Numbered from the stretch's first letter, positions 41,894 through 53,003 are shown. The stretch is 64,000 nt of DNA from Leptospiraceae bacterium (GCA_040217195.1 JAVJNR010000008.1:554940-618939); one strand, 5' to 3'. Program-made: numbers and translations. Notes: generated from the sequence alone by a model not told the origin.

Positions 41894-44053
41894 TTATGGA
41901 AACGTTGCATCCGCCTCACCTGGAGCGATTCTTTTATATATCCCATTTTCCCAGTTTTTCACATCGGATGCATACCACCTGGAAAAGCGACGATCCGAAG
42001 GGCCCCCGATGAGGTTTGTGTAGCAGACATCTGTTTCCATCTCTATAACTGTGCGAATGGAAGGAGCAAAACTGGTGCGCCGGCCGGCGCTATTGTAAAT
42101 CTGCCCTTGGTGGGGAGTAGCGCGGCCCCCTATTAAAGTAACGGGGCCCCGGTCAAATCCCAGGAAAGAAGGCATTTTTCCGCCAAAAAGAATGTGGCTG
42201 AGTTTGATGGTCTGCGATTGCCCCCATTGCCGTGTCTTTTTCTGTAAGGACTTCCCAATAACCCTGCGATATATCTCTTCTCTGGATTCTCCACCGAACC
42301 AGCTTGAATTCTCGGATAACAGTATTCGATCGAAATTAATATAGAAATCAATGAATGTACCGGTTTCAGAAGCCAGAAAATCTACCACGTTTTCTCCAAT
42401 ACCTTTTCGCCCAAATACTTCCAGGTAAAGGTTTCGATAAATACTTTCGAATAAATGCGCACCTCTGGACTCCGCATTGTAGCGAAAGTCCCATTCGCGC
42501 AAAACAGCTGCCTCCTCTGTCTGTGGCAAAAGCGGACGAATAATCTGCATAAATTGTCTGGCCTGTGAAGACTCAACATCGTAATGTAAATCGAACATAT
42601 CTTCTCTGGCAAAATCATCCCTGCCATTCAGGACTTCGGCAATTCGATCCGCTCGATAGGGCCCCATGGGCATGTTCAAGGGTTTGAGTTTGCCCCATTC
42701 GTTCAAATCCTGATTTGTGGTAATAAAGAATCCCTGATCCGGGTTTAAGATTCGAGGAAGATCTTTAGTGCTTGCGAACCCCTGCCAGTCATTTTCACTT
42801 TTCCATCCAGGAACTGGAAATAAGCCACTCCAATTTCCGTTTCGCAACGGCATCAAACCGGACATTTGAAATCCTATATTTCCATCCCGATCCGCAAATA
42901 CGAAGCTCCAGGAAGTTTCAACCCTTCCCAGAATATCCATACCCTGTTCCACCTTCTTTGCGTCCCACATTTCCAGGATTCGCGTAAGGGATGCACCGCC
43001 TGAATCGTTGCAGGCCCAGCGAGTGGCCAAGTAATTTCCCTCTTCGTAAGGATTTCCATCCAGAACGCCATGATTATTCTCATAGAAGGTAACTTCATGG
43101 GAGGGCTTCTTCTTTCGCTTAATAACTTCTTTTCTATGCGAAAAATCCTGCCATCCACTGTCTTCGCGAAAATACTTTCCATCTTTGCATTTCTCAACCC
43201 AGGAGTCCTCGGAATCCATAAAAGAATATGTAACTCCCCAGGACAGATCCGGATTCCTGCCGGTGAGCACGCCAGGTACTCCCGGCATACTACCACCCAT
43301 TACGTACCGATCTTCTGTTCTAAGAACGATTTCCTGCCAGACATTGGGTATGCGATTGATTTCCAGATGAGGATCATTACACAAAATGGGCTGTCCGGAT
43401 GCAGTTTTCTTTCCTGAGATGACCCAGTTATTGGAGGCCATCATTCTTGGCAGACCGATTTCCCACAGCCTACTACTTGGTACGATTCTTTCACCCAATT
43501 TGATGGACTGAATCAGTTCCAGATCCAGGCATTGCAGATGGCCTGCAAATAGTTCCTCCAGCATTTCGCGGGGAACTCCTGCCTGAACCATTTCAATGAG
43601 TAGTCTTTCCACTTCTCCCTGGGACTGGGAAAGCGTTAGATATCCAACCATGCGCGAAATTAGAAAACTGTCCTCGATTTTCCAGGGCTCAAAAGGAACT
43701 CCTAGAAGTTTAAATTCCCAGGGCACTTTGCCATTGAAGCCTGCATTTGCGCCCTCAGCATAGGCTTGAAGACAGGCGCTGGAGAAATCTGTAAGTGCCT
43801 GAAATTGCTTTTGCATGCCTCCAGTCCAATTCATCTTGCGAAAGAAAATGTCGATGCCCAGCATCTCATCGCTGGAGTCCAGAAGCTCGCTGGCCCGGCC
43901 CTGCCCCAGGATTCGCATTAATATCATCTGCATTCCGCGATCAACGGCATGTACATAGCCCTGGCCATAGCAAAGATCCTCCATGGACTTTGCTGTAATG
44001 TGTGGAATCCCGCTGGCATCCCTTTTAATATCTATACTTTTGTTCTTGATCAT
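41894..44053 (-). CDS. penicillin acylase family (Ntn-hydrolase) amidase
   Basis: RDASGIPHI, GYVHAVDR, SNNW nucleophile, NDPHL. Confidence 0.92.
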   Translation of the reverse strand: MIKNKSIDIKRDASGIPHITAKSMEDLCYGQGYVHAVDRGMQMILMRILGQGRASELLDSSDEMLGIDIFFRKMNWTGGMQKQFQALTDFSSACLQAYAEGANAGFNGKVPWEFKLLGVPFEPWKIEDSFLISRMVGYLTLSQSQGEVERLLIEMVQAGVPREMLEELFAGHLQCLDLELIQSIKLGERIVPSSRLWEIGLPRMMASNNWVISGKKTASGQPILCNDPHLEINRIPNVWQEIVLRTEDRYVMGGSMPGVPGVLTGRNPDLSWGVTYSFMDSEDSWVEKCKDGKYFREDSGWQDFSHRKEVIKRKKKPSHEVTFYENNHGVLDGNPYEEGNYLATRWACNDSGGASLTRILEMWDAKKVEQGMDILGRVETSWSFVFADRDGNIGFQMSGLMPLRNGNWSGLFPVPGWKSENDWQGFASTKDLPRILNPDQGFFITTNQDLNEWGKLKPLNMPMGPYRADRIAEVLNGRDDFAREDMFDLHYDVESSQARQFMQIIRPLLPQTEEAAVLREWDFRYNAESRGAHLFESIYRNLYLEVFGRKGIGENVVDFLASETGTFIDFYINFDRILLSENSSWFGGESREEIYRRVIGKSLQKKTRQWGQSQTIKLSHILFGGKMPSFLGFDRGPVTLIGGRATPHQGQIYNSAGRRTSFAPSIRTVIEMETDVCYTNLIGGPSDRRFSRWYASDVKNWENGIYKRIAPGEADATFP

Positions 44054-44533
44054 TTCACTCTCTTCCTGAAAGGCAACAGTCCTTCATCCACTTTATGGAC
44101 CTGAAGGCACTCGTAAGTGGTTTCTACCCGCTTCGCTTCATCTATTCCCAGGTTAATGTCCGGTTATTGATCCACAAGCGAAAAAGGCATTCCCCGAATC
44201 AGATGATCCGACGATTAGATCTATCCTCTAATATCGATGAACCCGCCAGAGAAACTATGTAGGCAGTTTTTCAGTTGAGCAATTCCAGACTGAAGGGGCG
44301 GTTTTTTTGAGAGTGAATGGATTGGATTCCCGCTGGATTCAAGAAAGCTATTCTGGAGGGCCGAGTATGGATGGAAGACAGCCGGGACGATCATTCAAAC
44401 GTGATCTGATTGCCACTTGCTGCATCTGATTCAGAAATATGAATTCGCACTCCGGCTGCGCCAGAGTATCAATTCCGAATTAGTCCGCTCAACCTCAAGA
44501 GAAGAGCAAGGATGGGAGGGTTGACTTCTGGAA

Positions 44534-45706
44534 TCAACTTTGCGCGATTTTCTGCAGGTATTTGCAGATTTCCGGGCTACTCAGCAAGCCCAGGTGACCG
44601 GTGGTCATAAAGGCATGATATTCGATCTTTGCCGGCGGATTTCTGCGTTTCAACCATGCGAAAGGGGAGCGAGGCTGACTGGAAGCTTTTTGGTTGAATT
44701 CTACAAATTCCTTTCCCAGGGCGCTTCTGGTGCCTACCAGTCCATCTCCAAAATACATGGCCAGCGGGGAAACTACTGTCTCGGACATGCTTCCAAGAAG
44801 CAGATGGTAATTCAATCCCGGCAGAGGCGGTACTTCAGTCTTTTTAACATTCATCAGTTTATTGGCATCTTCCCCTTTCCAGTCCTCTACCATGAAGCCC
44901 CAGCGAAGATCCTTGATACCGTCACTTCTTTCATCTGCTATTCGTCCGATGATTCGCGTGGGATAGTTCCAGATGCTTTTTAGAACGAAGGTAGCCACAT
45001 GGCCAAACTTTTCCAGAAATGATCCGTCGTTAGGGGCTCCTATCAGTACTACATCACTCAATTTCTTGATCCATTTGCTTCTTCCTTGTTTGCCGTAGTA
45101 GCCGGCGCTTCGCACAACAAGGCCACCCATGGAATGCCCGACCAGAATGATTCTGTGGATTTCATTTGACCTTTCCCGGATCAACTGATTCAGCAAAAGG
45201 TCCAGCGCTTGTCCGTTTTGCGAAATGTGTCGTCCGGTATTATATCGCACGTACAGAGGTTTCACATCTTTCTTTCTGGAAAGCTCCGGTCCATAGCCAG
45301 TTTTTTCCGGCATGGCCGTTTGCCAGGGAATTTCATCTGCCATCAGCCCATGGACGAATATTACGCAGGTAAATTTTTTCGGACCAACATTATTCGCATC
45401 TCCCCAGGCGTCCGCAACCGAACAGTCTGAACCATTCATGCGAAAGCTCATTTGAATTGCAGCCGGATCATTGAATTCCTGGAGGCGATGCCCAACCAGA
45501 CCATTTATGGCCGGAACGATAAAATGCTTGTTTTCGTCTCCCTTTTCATAGACATACTTCAATGTCTGTCCAGTGGCAAGAGCAACGTCTACAATGCCTT
45601 TGCCCAGAGACTGCCAGAAAGAATCCCTAACCGAGGATTCCTGAGAATTCACAGTGGATTGTTCGGCTGACTCATAATCAGGTCTTTCAGAAGATCCCAT
45701 GAACAA
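44534..45706 (-). CDS. alpha/beta-hydrolase lipase/esterase
   Basis: FVHGL, RYNTG.HIS.NG, GHSMGG, GDGLV, C-terminal His. Confidence 0.85.
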   Translation of the reverse strand: MFMGSSERPDYESAEQSTVNSQESSVRDSFWQSLGKGIVDVALATGQTLKYVYEKGDENKHFIVPAINGLVGHRLQEFNDPAAIQMSFRMNGSDCSVADAWGDANNVGPKKFTCVIFVHGLMADEIPWQTAMPEKTGYGPELSRKKDVKPLYVRYNTGRHISQNGQALDLLLNQLIRERSNEIHRIILVGHSMGGLVVRSAGYYGKQGRSKWIKKLSDVVLIGAPNDGSFLEKFGHVATFVLKSIWNYPTRIIGRIADERSDGIKDLRWGFMVEDWKGEDANKLMNVKKTEVPPLPGLNYHLLLGSMSETVVSPLAMYFGDGLVGTRSALGKEFVEFNQKASSQPRSPFAWLKRRNPPAKIEYHAFMTTGHLGLLSSPEICKYLQKIAQS

Positions 45707-46194
45707 CTTTGAGAGCTTTGTCCAGCCAGGTCATTTCTTTTTCCGGCAGCGATCTGGCGTATTAGGCCCCCTTCCCTGGGATGCAATCATCCTGGCTTGC
45801 TTCTGTTTCCTCAAGTTACCTTCGAACAACAATGACCTTTCGATCCTCTGGCCGGATTTCGCCGCAAGGGCTAAACGAATGATGGTTTCTGTTCCAAGCT
45901 ATTGATTCTGAAATTAAAGACTGGTAAAGACAGGATCTTAGATGTAATAAGCTCTTCGGTTCCATCGTTGACCATGCACTCCTTCTCACCCGGTCCTCTC
46001 ATTGGGCACAGTACCTGCAACTTTAGAAGTTCGAGTCCTGGCGTGGAAAATTTGATGACAGCTTCTGGTTGAAGCGATATTTGCTGCTTATCCGGGAAAT
46101 CCGATACCCCAGATAGCGCGCACAGGAAAAAAGCCTGAAGGGCTGAAACGTTGAACCGAAAGTATGCCCCGGGCAGAGTGGGCAGTAGGTAACC

Positions 46195-46653
46195 ATGGAA
46201 GTAAGACAATTCCAGAGTGGAATTCGAAAACTGGCTATTTTTTGCCTATTTGTATTTCTTGCTGGCTGCTTTTTGCAGTCCGATGAATCTGAGTGGGACA
46301 ATGGAGATGATATCTTTTATACGGCACTCTTTCTTCAGCTGGCCAGTCAGCCCGTGCAGCCCAGAATACGATTTCTTAATAGCTCCGGAGGAACGGACAA
46401 ATACGCCCTCTATTCAGCCTCTGATTGCTCCGGAAGCGCTTTTGCTTCTTTCGCAGATGCAGCACCTGGTCAGTATACTGTGTACTATCAAACCAGTTCC
46501 TTTTACTTGAATATTGATACTTCTGAATGTGTACCGGGCCAGTTCAATTTCGGAATGCCTGGCACCGCCTTGAACCGCGTTGAAATCGATTGTGAAGTGA
46601 GTGCCAGCCAGATCCAATGCAATGACCAGGCCAGCACCACCATCATACGATGA
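46195..46653 (+). CDS. hypothetical lipoprotein
   Basis: Leader ending FLAGC. Confidence 0.65.
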   Translation: MEVRQFQSGIRKLAIFCLFVFLAGCFLQSDESEWDNGDDIFYTALFLQLASQPVQPRIRFLNSSGGTDKYALYSASDCSGSAFASFADAAPGQYTVYYQTSSFYLNIDTSECVPGQFNFGMPGTALNRVEIDCEVSASQIQCNDQASTTIIR

Positions 46654-46790
46654 TACAAACGAAACGATTTTCCCGGGGACCCAATCCACTTAATTCCCCC
46701 TGAACGAATCTACCATTACGCCTAAAGACCGGGAACTGGAACGAAACAGATGGCTCCAGACCGTGTTGCATTCGAAATTAAGAATTCGGC

Positions 46791-47759
46791 TCAAGGCTCG
46801 ATCATTCTAAGAGCCAGGTTCCCTCTCTTATGGCCTTTCTCTGCATGTTGATGCCCCTGAATCACCTCTGTCAGCTCATAGGTCTTTTCCAGCACGGGAG
46901 TGTAATCACCGGATTCTACTATCTTGCGAAAGTACTCCATATCCTCCACTGACACCGCCGCCACACCCGTATGAACCTTAACCTTCCAGAGCAGACTTCG
47001 CACAGTTGCCAGTAGCATATCCTTCATACCAGCCGAGACCAGCACCAGGTGTCCGCCGGGCTTGATCAGTTTTCGCAAAGTCTTAATATCCGTGCGATCG
47101 ACGGTTTCCACAACAACATCGTACTTTTCGCTCCTATCGGAGAGCGCTTCTTTCTCATAGTCGATCACCTCTTTCGCACCCAGTTCCCTTACCAGATCTA
47201 CATTTCTGCCGCTGACCACGGCAGTGACCTGACAGCCAGTAATGCAGCCCAATTGCAACGCTGCACTACCGACGGCTCCCGAAGCACCGATGACTAGAAC
47301 TTTCATTTTGGGATCCAACTTCACTCCTTTTAAAAAATGAAAGGCAGTATGTAACCCAAACGGAATAGAGGCAGCTTGCTCATGGCTAATGGACTCTGTT
47401 CCTTTAACGATGGGAGCGGTTTCCGGCAGACAGATATACTGAGAGTAGCATCCCATGGCCAGATCAGACATTCCAAATACTCGGTCTCCCTGTGAGAATC
47501 GCCCCACTCCTGGCCCGATTTTGTCCACGGTACCGGACAAAACCGATCCCAGAACTCGTGCGGATCTCCTGGGCTTGAACAAACCGAAGAATAGACGGAC
47601 CAGAAAAGGATCCGCTTTGCGAACTCTCCAATCTCCACTGTTAATGGCCGTGGAATGGATCTTGATTCTTACCTCTCCCTTTTTCGGTTCTGGGACACTC
47701 TTCTCTACAATATGCAGCACATCCGCCGGTCCATAGTTCTCGAATTGAATAACTTTCAT
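46791..47759 (-). CDS. NAD(P)-dependent alcohol dehydrogenase / quinone oxidoreductase (MDR superfamily, Zn-free type)
   Basis: YGPADVL, GASGAVG, VIDY, GHKRG. Confidence 0.9.
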   Translation of the reverse strand: MKVIQFENYGPADVLHIVEKSVPEPKKGEVRIKIHSTAINSGDWRVRKADPFLVRLFFGLFKPRRSARVLGSVLSGTVDKIGPGVGRFSQGDRVFGMSDLAMGCYSQYICLPETAPIVKGTESISHEQAASIPFGLHTAFHFLKGVKLDPKMKVLVIGASGAVGSAALQLGCITGCQVTAVVSGRNVDLVRELGAKEVIDYEKEALSDRSEKYDVVVETVDRTDIKTLRKLIKPGGHLVLVSAGMKDMLLATVRSLLWKVKVHTGVAAVSVEDMEYFRKIVESGDYTPVLEKTYELTEVIQGHQHAEKGHKRGNLALRMIEP

Positions 47760-47790
47760 TTTTGCTTGCCTCCTGCAGCCAGGCTGATAT

Positions 47791-47830
47791 CCTTACAGCG
47801 TAAGGCACAAAAATATCTTACAGTGTAAGG
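47791..47830. promoter_or_regulatory. two palindromic operators, probably for the adjacent TetR
   Basis: CCTTACAGCGTAAGG (47791-47805) and TCTTACAGTGTAAGG (47816-47830) between divergent genes; minus-strand TTGACA at 47831-47836. Confidence 0.75.
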
Positions 47831-47857
47831 TGTCAAGTTAATTGAGGTCGGATTGAA

Positions 47858-48601
47858 TTGAAAAAAAAGAAAGCACCGCAAAACCAGACAGGCAACAGCC
47901 CAATTCGGACGGTTAAGAAGAAAGAAACGAGCAGGCCGGACTCCGCAAAAGCAACCAGACTATCCAGAGAAAGAATCATTGAGGCGGCGCTGAATCAGGC
48001 AGATCGAGATGGAATCCAGGCTTTGAGCATGCGAAAGCTGGCCGGCAGCCTGGGAGTGGAAGCCATGTCTCTCTATCATCATGTATCCTCTAGAGAGAAG
48101 CTTCTGGATTGGTTGGTAGACCGGGTCTTTGAAGAATTAAGCCTACTGGAAACAAAGAAGAAGCAAAATTGGAAACAATGGATGACTCAGCTGTCCATTA
48201 GAATGAGAGACGTCTTACTCCGGCATCCATGGGCTGTTGGATTGCTGGATTCCAGACGGAACCCTGGGCCAGGTACACTTTACTATCAAGATACCAGGCT
48301 GGGTGGATTTCTTGGTGCCGGATTTCCCCTGGACCTTGCTGCACATGCGATTGCAATCCAGGATAGCTTTGTATATGGCTTCGTCATTCAAGAGCTGGCA
48401 CTCCCCTTCGAAAACGGTGAACTGGACCCGAACGATTTGGAAGGATTCACCAATTCCATAGAACAAGGAACGTATCCCAATCTCCAGGAAATGGCTGAGA
48501 AGATAGTCTTCAAAAAGGGATATAGTTTTCGGCGGGAATTCGATTTTGGGTTGAATCTAATCATAGAAGGGCTTGCAGCGCGTTTTGATACGAGCCACTG
48601 A
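47858..48601 (+). CDS. TetR-family regulator with TetR_C domain
   Basis: LSRERIIEAAL..AD..G..ALSMRKLA..LGVEAMSLYHHV; EFDFGLNLIIEGL. Confidence 0.93.
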   Translation: MKKKKAPQNQTGNSPIRTVKKKETSRPDSAKATRLSRERIIEAALNQADRDGIQALSMRKLAGSLGVEAMSLYHHVSSREKLLDWLVDRVFEELSLLETKKKQNWKQWMTQLSIRMRDVLLRHPWAVGLLDSRRNPGPGTLYYQDTRLGGFLGAGFPLDLAAHAIAIQDSFVYGFVIQELALPFENGELDPNDLEGFTNSIEQGTYPNLQEMAEKIVFKKGYSFRREFDFGLNLIIEGLAARFDTSH

Positions 48602-49298
48602 GTCTTAACAAGGTCCCGGAATTACATGGCTGCTACCACGGCCTCAGGACAAACTTCGGTCCGTACTATTTCCATACTCCAGGAATCATCTGCGCATTCA
48701 GTGGAAGCCAGAAAGCCATCGATTCGACTATCCGCCTTGTTGCAAAGACCTCGATGGTCTGCCCGGCAATGATTCGATACCTAAATCGAAAAGGATCTGG
48801 AACGGAATGGGGGCCTATCCCATCCTTTGGAAGCTGCAGGTAGATCGCTGCAATCGGCGGCCGCTCGGGGATCCGACTTCTGGCTTTGATTCGGATTGGA
48901 GGCGCGATGCACACCACTGTAGCCTACCGGTAGAAACATGCTGATAGCTAAACCCTTCTTCACGAAAACAAGGTTTGATAAGCACAGTCAGCAGATTTCG
49001 CACTGCATTTGACGTAACAGGGAAACTATTAGAACTTGAATTAGAGAGATCCGGCTTCCTTCTTTCATTGAAGCAACCCGGAAAACCTATCCAATTGTTG
49101 AATTCAGGCATGGACAGGAAAATAGTGATAGTTCCAAAATGACTGTTAGTAAAAGCGAGAAGCCTTCGAATCTTCGATAGCTCCTGGATGCTAAACAATT
49201 TTGCTGGAAACAGACCTTTTTTGAATTACATATTAATTCTTAGTTGTACCGTTGGTCCCATGGAGGGATTCAGAATAGGACTCCTTGAAAAAGTTGGC

Positions 49299-50297
49299 AT
49301 GAAATTCATTGCAACGGTTCTTTCAATCGCAGCCACAATGGCCTCCTGCAGCGTTGCTGAGCCACCCTGCAAATCCCCGGATCCAGCCTGCGATCCCATA
49401 GCCACCTATTTATCCTACGGATTGCTTCTAACAGATCGCTGGGTGGCTGTGGGCTTGAACGGCAATATTGCTACTTCCCCCAATGGCCAAACCAACTGGA
49501 ACAGCTTCGTTCTGGCAGGCACTAGCTTTCGAGCGGTAACCTACGGAGGTGCAGGATTTGTGGCAGTGGGTGATACGGGCCGAATTGCTCTCTCTTACAC
49601 AGGTGTCAGTGGAGATTGGTCGGATCAGACGTCCGGTACATCCGACGAGCTAAGAGATGTGACCTACGGTCATGGTATGTTCGTCGCAGTAGGAGGCATC
49701 AACGGCGGCAACGATAGGATCTTGACCTCTTTCGATGGAATAACCTGGACCGATCGCTCCATCGGACTGAGTAATCGTCTGGATCATGTAATATTCGCGA
49801 ACAATCAGTTCTATGCGGTTGGCCTCGGGGGCGTTCGGGCTGCCTCGGTAGATGGTCTTAGCTGGACAAATGAAAGTGCAGGCGGAAACCCCTGGGCCGG
49901 CCTGGCCTTCGGAAATGACGTTTTTCTGATCGCAGATGATGCCAGTAGCATCCACACCTCTTCTACATTTTCTGGCTTTCCGAACATTACCGGTAGCTTT
50001 GGTTCGGCGGTTACCGATGCGGTACTCTTCATTCCACAACGAGGAGTGTTCTTCTTAGCCGGGGATGATGGGGGCACATTCTTGACTACGGATGGTGTTG
50101 GAGCCGCCACACCCGGTGATAACTTTGGCACCAACGCGGCCGATGCAGCATCCGATGGATCTACGATTCTGGTCGCTTCCCTGACAGGCAGCCTTCCCTA
50201 TAGCACGGATTTCTCAACATTCAATCCAGTTACTGTGGGAGGTGCTGATTGGTTTGGCGTCACCTATGCCAGAGCACCCAAAATTCTTGGCCCTTGA
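49299..50297 (+). CDS. beta-propeller-like lipoprotein with repeated (F/W)VAVG..G....S.DG..W blades
   Basis: Leader ending MASC; internal repeats of about 40 aa. Confidence 0.72.
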   Translation: MKFIATVLSIAATMASCSVAEPPCKSPDPACDPIATYLSYGLLLTDRWVAVGLNGNIATSPNGQTNWNSFVLAGTSFRAVTYGGAGFVAVGDTGRIALSYTGVSGDWSDQTSGTSDELRDVTYGHGMFVAVGGINGGNDRILTSFDGITWTDRSIGLSNRLDHVIFANNQFYAVGLGGVRAASVDGLSWTNESAGGNPWAGLAFGNDVFLIADDASSIHTSSTFSGFPNITGSFGSAVTDAVLFIPQRGVFFLAGDDGGTFLTTDGVGAATPGDNFGTNAADAASDGSTILVASLTGSLPYSTDFSTFNPVTVGGADWFGVTYARAPKILGP

Positions 50298-50440
50298 GCA
50301 ATTCACATTCAGTCTGCCTACTGAGACTGATGAATGGACAATGAAATATTGTTGTTCTCAATAATATCATCATGAGGCCACCCTGGCTCGTCGATCGCAA
50401 CCAGGATATTAACGCTTCTGAGTTCAAACCCAACAAAGCA

Positions 50441-50960
50441 GGTTCGCATAAAACTCGACGGACGACCATTAGGCGAACTCCGCTCAACCCAAGCGCATCG
50501 GTTCGCATAAAACGCGCCAGACGATCATAAGGCGAACTCCAACCAGCCAAAGACCGCCGGTTCGCATAAAACTCGACGGATGATCATAAGGCGAACTCCG
50601 CCCGAACGAAGCGCGCCGGTTCGCATAAAACGCGCCGAAGGATCATAAGGCGAACTCCGAGCAGCCAAAGACCGCCAGTTCGCATAAAACGCGACGGACG
50701 CTCATAAGACGAACTCCGAGCAACGCAAGCCCAACGAAGCCAGTTCGCATAAAACGCGACGGATGATCATAAGGCGAACTCCCCCCGAACGAAGCGCGCC
50801 AGTTCGCATAAAACGCGCCGAAGGATCATAAGACGAACTCCGAGCAGCCAAAGACCGCCAGTTCGCATGAAACGCGACAGACGATCATAATACGAACTCC
50901 GCCCAGCCAAAGACCGCCGGTTCGCATAAAACTCGACGGATGATCATAAGGCGAACTCCG
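50441..50960. repeat. tandem array, 9 units of 59 bp (one of 65 bp), each with an internal inverted repeat
   Basis: Units start at 50441, 50500, 50559, 50618, 50677, 50742, 50801, 50860 and 50919. Consensus is RGTTCGCATAAAAC-N12-CATAAGGCGAACTCC plus an 18-bp linker. Confidence 0.95.
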
Positions 50961-50997
50961 ACTCAGAAAATCTATCCCGAAAGAACACACTATAGCA

Positions 50998-51021
50998 GGT
51001 CCTGCCCCCCGGTTCAGGACC
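50998..51021 (-). terminator. hairpin downstream of MFS gene
   Basis: GGTCCTG-N10-CAGGACC. Confidence 0.35.
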
Positions 51022-51042
51022 AGGCCCCGCATCTATTAAGAA

Positions 51043-52431
51043 TCAGGATTTCACTATATCGCGGCTTTTGTCAGTTGTCCTGCGAAGGTAGAACGACGCT
51101 GCAAAAATGGAAACAGTGAGTATCACGGACATACCCCAGAAAATAAACCCGTAGGCCGGCTCCGGGGGAAATTTGGATCGCATACTCAGTCCGGTAGCTG
51201 TAGCAGCAATACTGAAGGCACCGCTGAAGAATTGCATCAATTGGAATAGCCCCATACCTGAACCCAGCTGCTCGGAATTAAGAACTCGTGAAATTTCATT
51301 GGATACACTGCTGGTAAGAAAGGTAAACGCGATGCTCATCAGAATGAAGATAAGCAGAATATAGAAGAATGAAGTTCCGGCAAGAAAGGTAAATAGCACA
51401 GTAGCCACCAGAAGTACAACAGGCGCGAATTCCAGTATATGCCGATTTCCTATTCCATCGATCATTCTTCCAACTACAGGCGATACGATCATAGAAGCGA
51501 AGGAACCCGGAAAGATAACAAGCCCAGCCTCCATGGCCGTCAGATGGTAATGATCAACCAGGATTTGCGGCATCAAGTAAAGCATTGCGAAAGTACAGAT
51601 ATGACCGCCAAGCCCCGTGGAAACTAGAGTTAAGTAGGTCGAACTCTTCAGAAGGGAAGGCATCACGAAAGGACTTCTGGTATTTTGAATTCGCCACCAG
51701 AAGATTGGAAAGGCACCGATAGAGACACAAAGAGCAATTATCGACGACTCTGTCATTGCCAGAAGCAAGGATGTAATTCCGATAGATGCCAGAGCGGCTC
51801 CGAAAAAATCGAAGCTACCCACTCCGGCTTTTTCCGCCGGAATTTCTGATTTAAAAAATGGGATCAGTAAACCTGTGGATGCGGTGAGCAAAAATAGATA
51901 GTTCCAGCCCAGATATTCTACGATAGCTCCTCCGACAATGGGTCCCAGTCCCAGACCCACAGCAAAGGAAGCCATTACGATGGCCATCGCTCGTCCTCGT
52001 CGCTCCAGAGGAATGTATCTAGAAAGCAAAACCAGCGCCAGGCCTGGGATGGAGCCGCCCCCAACGGCCTGAAAGATTCGCGCCAATAGAAGGAATAAAA
52101 AACTATTACTGAAGAAGCCTGCGAATGCCGCAATACTGAGAAAAAGAAGTCCAACAATGAAAAGACGACGAATCGGAATAAAATCGGACAGTCGGCTGTA
52201 TGTAATTGCTGCGATGGCAAATGTTATGGAATAGGCGGTGACAATCCATGAAGTGGCTGCCGGATCGAGTCCAAACTGATCTGCCACGGAGGGCAAAGCC
52301 AGATTGAACATCATCGTATTCATTACGACTAGTACAATGGCAAGGCCCAGAAGTAATATGGTGGGGCCTTCGCGGTGGATCGACAATATAGCGGATTTTG
52401 AATCGGAGGGATGGGATACTCGGACGCTCAC
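51043..52431 (-). CDS. MFS drug:H+ antiporter (14-TM, Tet(L)-like family)
   Basis: NTMMFNLALP, SWIVTAY, SRLSDFIPIRRL, GPIVGG. Confidence 0.88.
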   Translation of the reverse strand: MSVRVSHPSDSKSAILSIHREGPTILLLGLAIVLVVMNTMMFNLALPSVADQFGLDPAATSWIVTAYSITFAIAAITYSRLSDFIPIRRLFIVGLLFLSIAAFAGFFSNSFLFLLLARIFQAVGGGSIPGLALVLLSRYIPLERRGRAMAIVMASFAVGLGLGPIVGGAIVEYLGWNYLFLLTASTGLLIPFFKSEIPAEKAGVGSFDFFGAALASIGITSLLLAMTESSIIALCVSIGAFPIFWWRIQNTRSPFVMPSLLKSSTYLTLVSTGLGGHICTFAMLYLMPQILVDHYHLTAMEAGLVIFPGSFASMIVSPVVGRMIDGIGNRHILEFAPVVLLVATVLFTFLAGTSFFYILLIFILMSIAFTFLTSSVSNEISRVLNSEQLGSGMGLFQLMQFFSGAFSIAATATGLSMRSKFPPEPAYGFIFWGMSVILTVSIFAASFYLRRTTDKSRDIVKS

Positions 52432-52687
52432 AGGTCAGATTCTGTGCATCCATTAAACGAGTCGAACGGTTACTGATGTGATTACTTTGCCCCAGGGGCA
52501 TAGCTCAATTGCCCCCATAAATATTAGCACTTACAGATCATGGCCATACGCCTGTCCCTAGCAAACTCTCCAGATACACAAATGGGCAACTTCAAGGTAA
52601 GACTGAATGCCGGGCCTCCGGCGACTCCCATCCGATGGCCAATTCTCGCTTCAGTCTATTGAGAGATTTACCGCAGAAACCATAAGG

Positions 52688-53003
52688 GTGATCATCAGAA
52701 TACGAGTAATCTCTGTTCTTTTATCAATGTGCATTGTCCACAACTGCAATTCATAGAAGGCATCAAGAGCGGGTCAAAGCCATGAAAAATCTACAGGTCG
52801 TATACCTTCTCAACAATCTTTCTGCAAGGGATATTGGAATATTGTCTTCAGTGGAGTCCGTAATTATCAATCAAACATTTGGAAGCTGGAAGAGTATACA
52901 ATTCACTCCATGTCTAATGAGTCGCTCTCAGATTCTGGTCCGCGATATGCTGGCGACGATAAGAGCAACCATTCGGTTCTTGTCGATCATCGATCAAGAT
53001 TGA
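52688..53003 (+). pseudogene. possible disrupted lipoprotein gene remnant
   Basis: GTG-initiated leader IIRIRVISVLLSMCIVHNC ends at TAG 52754-52756. Protein-like text continues in another frame (ERVKAMKNLQVVYLLNNLS). Confidence 0.25.

Noticed and set aside
50441..50960. CRISPR array
   Set aside because: Linkers are only 18 bp, related to each other and repeated. The repeat itself varies internally, and there are no cas genes in the window.
50260..51032. ORFs 50260-50550 and 50826-51032 (-)
   Set aside because: Translations of the non-triplet repeat array with no protein-like features.
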